A stretch of 64,000 bases of DNA from NCBI GenBank assembly GCA_030264375.1, contig JASCQW010000105.1:50277107-50341106 (forward strand), read 5' to 3'. Origin of the DNA: Carcharhinus longimanus (Eukaryota). The translations under genes and the position numbers were made by a program. The notes below the pieces were generated by a model. It was not told the origin of the DNA. It was given only the letters and a program-made list of their open reading frames with translations, and ran no database searches. Positions within the stretch are counted from its first letter, which is position 1; each line of letters starts with the position of its first letter. This document shows, one piece after another, positions 39,242-51,059 of the stretch.

Positions 39242-40480
39242 AGGATCATGCCTGGGCACTACCTGCTCACTGCCTCTTGGCACTGTGCCAGTGGGTAATG
39301 CCCAGGAAGTGTCATAGGGCAATGCTGGGGGGCTGTGTGGGTGTGTGAGAATGCTGGGGGGNNNNNNNNNNNNNNNNNNNNNNNNNNNNNNNNNNNNNNN
39401 NNNNNNNNNNNNNNNNNNNNNNNNNNNNNNNNNNNNNNNNNNNNNNNNNNNNNNNNNNNNNGGGGAGGTGTGGGGGGGGGGGGGTGGAACTCCAATTAAA
39501 CTTTTGTCAAAAAGAAAGAGCCTGTCCTGTCAACATGATGTTGTGGGATCCCCCACCCCCCAGCACCCCCATCTTGCTTTTTTTTAGCAGAAAAAGCAAC
39601 TTCAGTGTCACTTTTCTCACTCCCCTTTCCCTTTGCCAAGTTTAGGGAAAATTCTGCCTTAAGAAAAGATCAATTTTTCACAACTCGATTCAATCGACCA
39701 TGTTTAAAATGTGATGCTAAACCAACAGATCTAGTTCAGTTATTCACAAACATGTTAGGTTTCAGGCATGGTAGGAAGGGAAGGGTGGAAATGGATAGAA
39801 ACAGAGAAGAGCACAGGACACGGAAGAGCACTGGGGGATGAAAGACAGGAACATTCTTGTAGCAGGAACAATGGACCAGAAATGTAGTAGTGATTACAGG
39901 GAAGTGGATGTCTACATTTCAACTCGGGCATGACATTTTCCATGAAGACACTGCTAGGGTTGAGGGGTGAGGGGAGAACTATTGGACATTATTGTTCAAC
40001 CAGATACTAGGAATTGTATTGATTGAGAGAATTATGGCTTGTGAGGGGATATGAGGTGGGGAAGCTATGAATTGAGGGCATTTGCCTGAGGCGATAGATT
40101 CAGAGCTGGACACTGATAAAAGAACCAAGGTTCAGCCAGTGTTTCCCAGATCCCTGAATGCGGATGATAAACAACGTACTCAGGTTATTTTATTTCTGCT
40201 CAAGGTTGCGGAGAGAGATGTCTTTCTGATTCACTGAACGTTACTCAGCTTTAGATGACAGCAGCATTGGATCTGTGCATTGATATATATTTCATTTCCA
40301 GTAGCTATCTGAAAGGTTTATTTTAACACAGTAGGAAATGTGCAATCCAACAGAGCTTAGAGGGAGGAAGGATTGTGCTTACAATATTTAACATTTTACC
40401 AGTATATTCACTGGTATTGTGTGGGTCTGGGATATGGATTTGATAAATGTTTAACACGCTCAACATTGAAAAACTCTTTG

Positions 40481-40512
40481 AGTGCCACCTACAGGCACAA
40501 TCGGTACTACAG
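40481..40512 (-). promoter_or_regulatory. Candidate CTCF site (core plus upstream motif)
   Basis: Minus strand CTGTAGTACC-GATTG-TGCCTGTAGGTGGCACT matches the upstream TGCAGTNCC module and the CCNNNAGRKGGCR core at canonical spacing. Confidence 0.6.
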
Positions 40513-41344
40513 CCAGTATTACCAGGAAAACTGAGAACGGTTTTAATGAAACATGTTCCCTGTATTACATTTTTATCGCACATTAGAAATGTATGATACT
40601 AAGACTAATTTATCAATTCTTATGTTGTCAGAACGAAAAAAAATTGCAAATGTTGCAATCAAACAGTTAAGTAGCATTATTGTTCTGCAAAGCTACTGCT
40701 ACATAATAAATTTAGCATCCATGAATTTACAAGCGATTTTTATTTTCAGATTCTGCATCAGTGTAAAGGATCGTCTTCCTCTCNNNNNNNNNNNNNNNNN
40801 NNNNNNNNNNNNNNNNNNNNNNNNNNNNNNNNNNNNNNNNNNNNNNNNNNNNNNNNNNNNNNNNNNNNNNNNNNNNNNNNNNNCCCCCCCGGCAATCATC
40901 AACGAAACGTGGAATTGTTTCTTGTTTTGTTCCACATTCTGACGCCACTGATGTACTTCCCCCATAGAAGACAAGTCTGAATTATTGACTCCTATTATCG
41001 TCACTGTACAATCCACCGACGGGAAGTGTACATTTGAGAGACAGGACCCTCCACAATGCAGTACCCAACACTGAATTACTCAGGGCAACCGCTCAACTGA
41101 AGACTGACAAATATTCCCTCTACGGGGAATTGAAATTAAATGCCAGTTAACAATCAGATGTCAATTTATGATCTTCTTCTGGTCTGGAATTCAACTTGAT
41201 GTCTGTTGCTTGTATTATTTTACAACTGTGATCTGACCATTGATAAGACAAGTTTGAAAAAAAACCCTTCAAAATAAATACCAAACCCCCTCCCCATTTC
41301 TATGAGAGAAAAAAATGAAAAATCAAGCGTTGTGCTGTTCAAGA

Positions 41345-41875
41345 ACATCAATAACTTGAGTTTATATAAAACAATTTACATGAAAGCACATCCCAAAATA
41401 CTTCACAGTAGCACAACAAAATAGTGGGTGCTGAGTCAGAGGTAGATATTAGAGGGGTGATCAAATGCTCAGGTGGGTTTCAGGGGAGGTCTTAATGGGG
41501 GAGAAGGAGATAAAGGAATGGGGTCATTTCGGGTGGAAGTTCTAGTGTGTGGTATTTAGGTGGCTGCAACTATTAATGTGGAAGAAAGGTATGGTAGGAT
41601 GAAAGGTTGAAACCAAATGAATGTAAACTGGTTTGATACCTATTTGGTATCAGTTACCAGTTGATGCTGGGATGTTATTATTGTGCTGGCTGAGGTCATA
41701 CACATAGGAAGGGGCAAGGCACAACAATTGAGGGATTTGACAATATGGATGAGAATTTTGAATTAAATCCTGGTCTACTGACAGCTCAAATGTAGGTTAA
41801 GAGAGAAGGTAGACTTGGTGAAGAATGGTATAGGGTAAGAGAATTTTAGATAAATTGAAGTTTACGAGGATGATG
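41345..41875 (-). mobile_element. Old L2 3' fragment
   Basis: cacatcccaaaatacttcacag...tgctgagtcagaggtagatattagaggggtgatcaaatgct, homologous to the 42440 element. Confidence 0.7.
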
Positions 41876-42439
41876 AAATTCATTCCCTTTAGCTATGAAA
41901 CTGCACTATGTAGTTCCAGTGTTTCAAGGTTGGTGTGAAATTCATCGCTTCACTGTTTGAGCTAAGATATTGTCTCATTTACTTTGAAAACTCTCTTCCC
42001 CCCTGCTAAGGTAACTCCACATTTCAGGACCTTGCGATCATCAGGACTTCCTTGCCTCTAATTGTCACAAAATGAGCCAAACTTTAAAGGCAGCACCTGA
42101 TTTAGCACCTGGGTGTTCCTCATGCTTGAGTGGCAGAATTCAGTGTGTTCGCCAAGGACAATGCTGGAGAAATGTGTCTGGGTATAAAGGAAGTTAGAAG
42201 GTTCTTGTGTGTTGAACACTTTGTGAGTTGAACTATTGATTTTATTCTCAAAGTGTTTGGGTAGTTTAGGGAGAATGTTCTTTTTTTAGGTCACTTTTAT
42301 AAATCTTTGCACACATTTATATCTAACTATAATAGTAGTTTTGAAAAACAGGAAAATTAATATGTGCAACATGCATATTCCTCAATATTTGCCTTTTTTG
42401 AAGATCAGTCTGTTTTAGTCTCAGTGGCAGGTTAACAGC

Positions 42440-42985
42440 AGCAACAAAACAACTTGTATTCATATTGCACCTTTAACATAGTTAATCATCCCAAGGCACT
42501 TCACAGAAGCGTGATCAAACACAGCTAGACACTGAGCCATGTAACAAGATATCAGGGCAGATCAAAATAGACTGCTCAAAGAGGTTTGAAAGGGCATTTT
42601 AAAGGAGGAAAGAGAGCTGGAGAAGTTTAGGGAGTGAATTCCAGAGCTTGGGACCTAGCCATCTGAAGGCACAGCTGTCAATTTGGATCAATTCTGAAAT
42701 GCACAAGAGGCCAGAATGAAAGTACAGTTACCTCAGAGGGTCATAGGACAAGAGTAAGTTACAGAGGTAGAGAGGGGTGAGGCCATGGAGGAATAAGAAA
42801 GCAAAGATGAAAATTTTAAAATCCAGGCAGTGCAGACTGGAAACCAATGTATTCAGTGAGTACAGCTATGAAAGGTTAGGATATGTGCAGCAGAAGTTTG
42901 GATGAGCCTCATGTTTATGTGAGGCAGAAGATGGGAGGATGGCCAACGGTGTATTGGTGTGATGAAATCTTAAGGTAACAAATGT
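42440..42985 (-). mobile_element. L2 3' fragment
   Basis: caacaaaacaacttgtattcatattgcacctttaacatagttaatcatcccaaggcacttcacag terminus; colinear with 4791-5360. Confidence 0.9.
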
Positions 42986-43173
42986 AGTGTTACCATTATT
43001 TTCAGGACAGTATGTTTATAGTCATTAGTGATAGAAATATTCTCTCTAGCTTGACAAAGCATCAGATATCAAATTGCCACATTCCTCAACTAACTTTATA
43101 ATTTGATTGCTTAAGTATGCTTTATTTTACATGAATCTGAAACAAAATATAGACTGGTACAAGGGAGAATTAA

Positions 43174-43424
43174 AATCATAGAATCCCTACAATGACAATA
43201 TGGATGCAGAAGGAGACCATTCAGCCTATTGAATCTGCACCAACACTCCTGACAGAGTGTCTTACCTGAGCTACCTCCCTCACCCTATCCCTGTATCCCC
43301 ACAATTTACATGACTAGTCAATTTAACCTATATATCTTGGTACATTAAGGGGCAATTTGGCATGGCCAATCTACCTAACCTGCACATCTTTGGCTGTGGA
43401 AGGAAACTGGAGCACCCAAAAGAA
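43174..43424 (-). mobile_element. HE1/V-SINE running into a gap
   Basis: aatcatagaatccctac tail and gcatggccaatctacctaacctgcacatctttgg core. Confidence 0.9.
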
Positions 43425-43606
43425 NNNNNNNNNNNNNNNNNNNNNNNNNNNNNNNNNNNNNNNNNNNNNNNNNNNNNNNNNNNNNNNNNNNNNNNNNNNN
43501 NNNNNNNNNNNNNNNNNNNNNNNNNNNNNNNNNNNNNNNNNNNNNNNNNNNNNNNNNNNNNNNNNNNNNNNNNNNNNNNNNNNNNNNNNNNNNNNNNNNN
43601 NNNNNA

Positions 43607-43761
43607 TCAGCTAATAATAATAAGTGAAACTTGGTTCTAAATTTTACTTTCCTTTCTGCTTCTAAAATCTCAGCCAATGGGTTAGACATCCAGTATTTTT
43701 CCTGTAGAGCTATGACTGCCTCAACTGCAATAGTCACTACTTTGATTTTCTCTGATCTACT
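43607..43761. repeat. Composite local duplication: inverted copy of 44704-44764 joined to a direct copy of 45061-45151
   Basis: 43607-43670 equals the reverse complement of 44704-44764 (1 substitution, one 3-bp indel); 43671-43761 equals 45061-45151 (4 transitions). Confidence 0.95.
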
Positions 43762-44006
43762 TCACACAGAAGAAACTTCATTACTTCAACACTTAAAACC
43801 TCACCCTTAGCCACTCCAAGCTTCCACAAATCCCAGCAGCTTCTTATTTATACTGAGCCAGCTGGTCAGTTGATCACCACATCATTTTTGTCATCGGTTA
43901 CATACTTTACCAAGTCAGCTAACCCTTACAGATGTTACCATTGGTCACAGAACAACAGATCCAATGTTATCATTGGTTATCTTCTAACATCCATCTTGTA
44001 CATCAT

Positions 44007-44256
44007 GGGTAGAATTCTCCCATCTTTTTTTCCTAAGTGTCAACTTCTGCCTGAAAACCAGCTCGTAGCTCTCTGGCTGGTCTCCAGACCTTGAGCCTTT
44101 TGGTAAAAAAATGAGTGGGTGGGGTGCACACAATGGAATGGGTATGGAAAAATTGGGAAACGTGATCTCTCTGGAGAGAATCACATTTCCTGATTCCGGA
44201 TTTTCTGTCCACACTGGTGAACCCACTGATTGCTAACACGAGTTCAAATTCTCTCC
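44007..44256. mobile_element. ~250 bp MITE
   Basis: Termini gggtagaattctccc / aaattctctcc; internal similarity to the 26370 MITE. Confidence 0.6.
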
Positions 44257-45725
44257 AATTATGTTTGGAAGTTCAATCACTAACTTACCTCCTGAGCTGT
44301 GCAATTACTTTCATGAACTATATTCAAAATCACCCAAAATTATAGCTTCACCCTTACTCCTTTCAGGCTTTTGCAACTTATGGATTATGCAGCTTCCATC
44401 ATTAAATGATTTATTTTCCATAGACCCACCAGAACTTGACCTTTTCCTGCAGTACATATTATTACTGCTTTCTCTCCTACATTTTCTGTTTATCTTTGCA
44501 GAGTGCCGAATATAGATGTTCTCTTTTAAACAATTGCTGGCACTTTTGGAAACAATATCATGTTCACAACTGGTGACCTGGTTGAGTTACAGTTGTTCAG
44601 TTTGTTTTACCTAGAATACAGTTAAGAATGATTTAATTTTAAACTAAAGCATTCTATCAGTTAAAAACATGTCTGAGGGTGTTGCATTGGAGCTGTATTT
44701 TGTAGATTTTAGAAGCAGAAAGGAAAGTAAAATTTAGAACTAAGTTTCACTTATTATTAGCTGAANNNNNNATAACAGTTGTAACAAATGAGGAGATATG
44801 TTTTCTGAATGCCAGAAAATTCTTGGATTTAAAAAGAAATCCCTCATCGCCATTAAAACCTTTGATCCAGATCCGCTGTTCAGTGTGACCTGCAGATCAG
44901 TCAGATAGCTGATTTGCAATCTCATTCCAAATACCCACCTCTGTCCCAAATCCATTGCTACCTTCAGGTATGAATCTCTGTTTTAGAGTGACCAATTTAA
45001 GTAGCATTTTCTATTTGCAGAAGAGAGTTCCAAATGTCTACCATCCTTTTGACCATTTCCCAGCCAATGGGTTAGACATCCAGTATTTTTCTTGCAGAGC
45101 TATGACTGCCTCAACTGCAACAGTCACTGCTTTGATTTTCTCTGATCTACTACTGTAACTGACACTGATCTCATAAATTTCTAGACGCTGCACCCATATT
45201 TCACTAGCCTTATTGACGAATGCTAATGCAATGAACTGACCACCCTGCTTTAACTTACTGATTATTTTATAACTGTCAAAAACTGTAACCATTTGTTATA
45301 AAGATCTCTCTTCATATAAATTACTGAAAGTGTCAGCATTTTCTTTTGTGTATTTTCCTTTGAGAACAATGTCGAGCTCAGAGAAGGACATTGAACAAAT
45401 TATTTAAATATAGCGATCTCCTCTGAGGAAACTGAATAAATGAATCAGGCAGCCTGGGCAACTTCTAGAATGAAGTAAATAGATATTTGACAGATGTCAG
45501 GTTAGGAGACTAAATTTGGTGGCCTGATAAATCACAGTATTAAACTGTTATTCACCGAGGCAGTGAGTTACTTTAATGAGAAGCTCAATTCTGCATTCCT
45601 GTGTTACATCAGATCACAATGTAGATTGAGCTAAAGTCCTGCAGCCCATTTCATTACATGGTTCCAAAATATTAACCCTATCATCTCCCATATACAGCAT
45701 CTAGCCTTTCCTTAATTCCATGCCT

Positions 45726-46061
45726 ACATAGAACATAGAACACTACAGCACAAACAGGCCCTTCGGCCCACGAGTTGCGCCGATCACATCAACACCTACC
45801 NNNNNNNNNNNNNNNNNNNNNNNNNNNNNNNNNNNNNNNNNNNNNNNNNNNNNNNNNNNNNNNNNNNNNNNNNNNNNNNNNNNNNNNNNNNNNNNNNNNN
45901 AGGCTCGTAAGGCACGACCTGCCCTTGACAAAACCATGCTGACTATTTCTGATCATGTCAAACCTCTCCAAATGCTCGTAAATCTTGTCCCTCAGAAGCC
46001 CCTCCATCAGCTTACCAACCACTGAGGTCAGACTCACCGGTCGGTAGTTTCCCGGGCTATC
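45726..46061 (-). mobile_element. Young CR1 (family B), 5'-truncated, middle lost in a gap
   Basis: (acataga)n tail; open RT frame 'SLTSVVGKLMEGLLRDKIYEHLERFDMIRNSQHGFVKGRSCLT'; possible ACAT TSD. Confidence 0.93.
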
Positions 46062-46064
46062 ACA

Positions 46065-46480
46065 TGATATTGTGCAGTTTCAATCCTCAGCAAGGATTAG
46101 ACATGGAAAGCTCAGCTCATGGTTGAAACTTCTGCCAAGATTGCAGAATAAGATTCAGCTTGCGACAGTGACTAGGGAGGGGATAAATTTAGCAGTCAGG
46201 TTATCCTGTTTGCGGTGAGCTAAAGACAATGGTGCAATGATTAGTTAGTGGAAGTTAAACTTTTCCAAAAATAGCATGGCATAGCAAAGAGGCAGTGGAG
46301 GGGTTGAAGAAGGCAAGGGAGAGGAGAAAAATGTATGTGTGGAAGCTGACCCTATGTCTGTAGATAATATTGACAAAGGCCATTTTGCAGATGAGGAAGA
46401 GGAAAGAGTCTAGAGTAGATCTTTAGGGAATATGGAATGAGATGGTGTGAGATACAGGAAGAAGCCTCTTCCTGCAGCTA
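46065..46480 (-). mobile_element. Degenerate L2 RT fragment
   Basis: atgtgtggaagctgaccctatgtctgtagataatattgacaaagg...gatctttagggaa corresponds to the L2 'PQGS.LGP...DII..HG.SFH.YADD' region. Confidence 0.6.
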
Positions 46481-46559
46481 ACTGTAAAATGTAACATTTG
46501 ATCATATTTTTCATTAAAAAGTACCAAACTATGATGACTGTAATGAGGCAATACTACAT

Positions 46560-46750
46560 TGGCTATGTCTCCATCTTTCAGATGAGATGTTGAAACAGCA
46601 CACCACCTTCTTCCATGTGGAGAGGTAAAAGATCCCTTTGTGCTTTTTGAAGAGGAGCAGAGGAGTTCTTCAAGTGTCCTAAAAACATCTGTCTTTTAAA
46701 AACTGATGTTTATTCTGTTGTTTATTTGGGACCTTTCTGTGCATTTGTTT
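46560..46750 (+). mobile_element. Deu-domain SINE fragment
   Basis: ccatctttcagatgagatgttgaaac...gtaaaagatccctttgtgctttttgaagaggagcagaggagttc. Confidence 0.75.
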
Positions 46751-46768
46751 AGAAAATTCTACAAATAT

Positions 46769-46898
46769 GGCCAGAATTCTCAGACCTCACCTATGGCTGG
46801 GATTCTCTGGTCCTGCTGCAGTGAATGGTGTTTTGGTTTCGTGCTAGATTCTCAACTGGCAATGGTGGCAGGGTGAATATGATTGGACAATCCTGGCC
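46769..46898. mobile_element. 130 bp MITE with TAT TSD
   Basis: TIRs ggccagaattct / acaatcctggcc; TAT at 46766-46768 and 46899-46901. Confidence 0.85.
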
Positions 46899-47117
46899 TA
46901 TATTTCAAAAATAAATCACTAGCTGCGAGGTGTAGTGGGATGTCTCGAGAATATGAAAAGTGCGATGCTATCTATGTTATTTCCTCTTCTTACTTAGAAC
47001 ATAATGAACAGTATACACAAAATGGTGGAAAGTGTTGTCAACAGAGCTATCAAGTGACACTTCGATGTCCTATTTAGGTTCCGTCAGGACCACTTTGCTC
47101 CAGACTTTATTCTAATT

Positions 47118-48398
47118 ATTATCATCAGGCGAGGAGAAGGCAAATTGTTCCGCTCTGTTTCCTCTCTTTGTTTGAACGAATGAGGATTTTCTCATTGAAA
47201 AGGTATACTTATCAATTTAGTGAGTTTAGTTTAACTGTTAGGTGCTTTGACCTAATATTCTGCAATGTTAAATCTGACAGGTTTTCTGGAGCTTTTAAGA
47301 AGAAAAGAGGACCATTTTTATTGTACTTGGCCCAGTCTAAGTAAAATAGTAAATAAAACACAGTGACTGTCATACACGAACATGCAGTAGAGAACATGGA
47401 GTCCAGTAGAAAGAAAAGGTGTATGGCTGTTGAAGGTTGGTTAGTTTGCAGGTTTCAGGCTGAACTCCAAGGTCTTGCTGCTTTTGGCATTGAGGTGGTT
47501 TAAAGTTGTCAACAGATGATGTATCTGTTCTTCTGTGGACAAGAGCATTGGGTTGAATTCTTTGTAAAATCTCTGTTGGCAGCACCAAGATGGTCAAATC
47601 AGCAGATGGTTCAAAATAATTTGCAAGTTGGATAGAGAGAGGGAGAGAAAAGGTACTCACTCAAGGATTTGCTCTTTCCACATCTCAGTTGCTTGTACCA
47701 TTCTGCAGAGTAAGCAGGTGCTTAAAGCATGCAGAGGGTTGTTTTGTTATAAGATTCTCTTTCCAACTACACAGTGATTCAAATAAGATCATGGCTAATG
47801 TATTTCAATTGTAATTTGATTAGGTTGCTGCTGGGAATTTTTCACTTGGCCAGAGTCACATTGTCCAAGTCAGTATACCTAATGTACTCCAGTTTCCTTC
47901 CTCAGTCCAAAGATGCGCAAGTGAGGTGCATTGGCCTGGCTAAATTGCCCCTAAGTGTCCCAAGACTTGTAGGTTAGATGGATTAGCTATGGGAAATGTG
48001 TCGGGATATGGGAATAAGCAGGGTAGAGGACTTGGTTAAGATGCTGTGTCAGAGCAGCAGTGCAGAGTGGAGCTGAATGGACTCTTCTGGGCTGCAGGGA
48101 TCTATGATTCCAATAGATTATCTACCCTCAGGTGACTGTCTGGACATATTACTAAGGGAATAGGAGATGGTCCCCATTCATTCTCTTTCCAGGCCATTGT
48201 TACCAGCTTGCCTTTTCAGGTGTGATGTCGCCATGTCAGTGGTTTTTAGAATGTAAAAGGTACAGTAATGCAAATGTGCAGCCATATTTGATTGTGACTC
48301 CAGGTTACAAGGATGTGGCTTTAATATTTTGAAAATTCAATTAGGATTTACAGCCAGTAAATTCAAAAAAGTTTTTATCTATAAAGTATGGTGTAACA
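47118..48398 (-). mobile_element. Solo LTR copy 2, interrupted by a truncated HE1
   Basis: Colinear with 25562-27340; ends GTGTAACA; minus-strand AATAAA at ~47318. Confidence 0.75.
47884..48110 (+). mobile_element. HE1/V-SINE, 5'-truncated
   Basis: ctccagtttccttcctcagtccaaagatgcgcaag...gctaaattgcccctaagtgtcc...gggatctatgattc. Confidence 0.9.
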
Positions 48399-48419
48399 GC
48401 AACAAACTTGTACCAAATA

Positions 48420-49487
48420 AGTGATGCTTCACTGACATCAAGGCAGCATTTGACCATGTATGGCATTAAAGCGCCCGAACAAAATTGAGGTCAACAGCAA
48501 TCAGGAGGAATACTCTCCACTGGTTGGAGTCATACTTGGTACAAAGGAAAATGAATGTGGATGTTGGAGGCCAATCACCTTGACTTCAGGACTTCAGTGG
48601 AGGCATTCCTAACGTCTAGGCCCAGCCATCTTCAGCTGCTTCAACAATGACCTTTCCTCCAACATAAAGTCAGAAGTGGGGATGTTCGCTGATGAGTGCA
48701 CATGATTCAGGACCATTCACAACTGCTCAGATACTCTAGCAATCCACAAACAGCAGGATTTGGACAACATCCAGGCTGTTAATGATAGTTGGCAAGTAAC
48801 ATCTGCAACAAGAGATAACCTAACCATCTCTCCTTCACATTCAACAACATTGTCATCTTCAAATCATCACCTTTTGTCAACATCCTAGAGGTTACCATTG
48901 ACCAGAAACTTAACTGAACCAGCCATTTAAATACTGTGGTTTTAAGGGCTGGTAAGATGTTGGGAATCTTGTGCTGAATAATTCACCTCCTGACTCCCCA
49001 GTGTCTAAAAGGCACAAGTGAGGAGTATGATGGAATACTTGTCACTTGCCTGGATGAGTTCATCTCCAACAACACTGAAGCTTGCTCCCAGCCAAGATAA
49101 AGTAGTCCACTTGGTCAGAATCCCTCCTCCATCTTAAACATGAATTCCCTCCACCAGTGGTGCACTGTATTGGCAGAGTGTACTGTCTACAAATTGCTTT
49201 GCAACAGCTTACCAAGATTCCTTCGATTGTAGCTTCCGCGCTTAGGATGACCAATACCAGAAAGGACAAAGGCAGCGGATGTATGGGAAAACCAAACCTG
49301 CAAGACACCGTGTGGCAGTGTTAATGTCCTGCACTTCCCTCTTGAACAGAATATACTTAACCATATGGTCTGCAATGATTCAAGAAAGTGGCTCACCACC
49401 CTCATCTGCTCAAGGGCAAGTAGAGATCGATATTAAATGCTAGCCTTGCCAGTCATGCTCACATCCCAACAATGAATGCACAAAAAA
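48420..49487 (+). mobile_element. CR1-group LINE 3' kb (RT through poly-A-like tail)
   Basis: gacatcaaggcagcatttgaccatgtatggcat encodes DIKAAFDHVWH; atgttcgctgatgag encodes MFADE (decayed FADD); tail ccttgccagtcatgctcacatcccaacaatgaatg...aaaaaa. Confidence 0.92.
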
Positions 49488-50931
49488 TTGGTGCACCTTG
49501 TCATTAACCATAGCATCAATGGTTTATGCACATAGATGCTAGTTCAGGTACTAAGCATTAAATCTGAACTGAATAATTCCTGACCAGTAAACAAATGTTA
49601 TTATGTTTTCAGATCTCATCTGGTTAGAAAAAGACATTTAATGTAAGAAGGGATCTGATTAAAATCTCATGAGTGGGATAATTTGGTACATCATATGTGA
49701 TTTTATAATCTTGCAAGATTGTGTATTCTATGTTGTTTGCAGTACGCGATGAACAATTATGTAGTGGAGAGTTTATTGAATGGTGCAGTAATTCCAATAC
49801 AGCTTAGTCACTGCATGTCATTATTAGGATGTTGCAATAATATATTTTGATAAAATTTATTTTTGCATTGTCTCTTTCACCACATAATAATTGAAAAGCA
49901 TACCCTCTTAGCAATATTTTAGTAATACAATAACATACAAGTTGATATGTTACTGTGTATCATATTAGTTTTTTCATAAGTATTTTCCCCCTTTAAAGTA
50001 ACAGGTTGATGTTCATTAGTCATAAAGGGAAAGCAATCATTTGATTAGCTAAGACACAAAAGGATGCTGAAACGTCATGAAACAATTTTAACGAAAATGA
50101 GTGGAAATTGCAAGAATGAAATGTAAGTAGTTTTCTTGAAATATGGAATTATTTAAGTAAATTGTGAGAGCTAATTTAGATTTGAGGGAAAACCGCTGTT
50201 CTGTTGGAACAATCTAGAGAAAATGTCAAAATTTGAGCAATGATATATTCCCAAAAAGACTTATAGGCCATTTGAACTTCTGATTCAAAATTATCTTCAA
50301 GAGCAAAATTCTTGGATAACTTTATGCATTTAATTATGAGTCATGTCCACATTGAGAACAGAGTAAAGGGAGAAAACAATATCTTATTTTGTTTGAAAAA
50401 TAACCTCAAAGTATCTGGAAAATGGTTCTTGAAATGTCCAACAGTTCTTCTACCCACTAAAAGGTATTTTTCACACTTGTATCACCCGTTCGTGCATATG
50501 GACTGTTCCATGTGATGTATCCATTGTTTCTTGTGGTATATCTTCAACAGGGCAGCCATGAACTTATTAGGTTTGTATATCAGAGGTTTTAACAGAGGGT
50601 TAAAATGAGTCTGATTCAAGCTTATATTAGTAAAGCTACTTGTTGTTTAAGAATTGCTGACCCTGCCCTTTCAAAGTCAAAGAAATCCATTTGACCTAAT
50701 CTCAAAGCAATTGGTATAACTTCTGAAAAAAAGGTGGAGTTTTTTTAAAGTTAATTTTTCAGTTTACTTTTTATATGTGTGAGCAATATTTTAGCATGTT
50801 TACACACAATAACATATAAGTTCATATGTTATAGTGCATCATATTATAATGATATATTCCTAGTCCCAATGTTAATCAGTACTTGAATTCTTCAACTGAA
50901 TGTATTTCATTGAAGCTAAACAAGATACATT

Positions 50932-51059
50932 GGGCAGGATTCTCAGGACACACTCGCCTGAAAACTGGAGATTCCTGCCCGACTTCAATGGACTTTTATA
51001 CGATCCACCCCTCCACCCTCTAGAATTCCAGTGGTGGGTGGGATAGGAGAATTCTGGCC
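50932..51059. mobile_element. 128 bp MITE
   Basis: TIRs gggcaggattctc / gagaattctggcc; flanks att/agt. Confidence 0.85.

Larger units (their letters stand above)
37591..39658. mobile_element. Long MITE split by a solo LTR
   Basis: Termini ggccaggatttt / gaaaattctgcc; G-rich core resumes after the LTR at 39242. Confidence 0.6.

Noticed and set aside
30751-39487. G-quadruplex-like runs at ~30751, ~37295 and ~39462
   Set aside because: Two are G-rich cores of MITE-like repeats next to gaps, and there is no evidence of a specific function.
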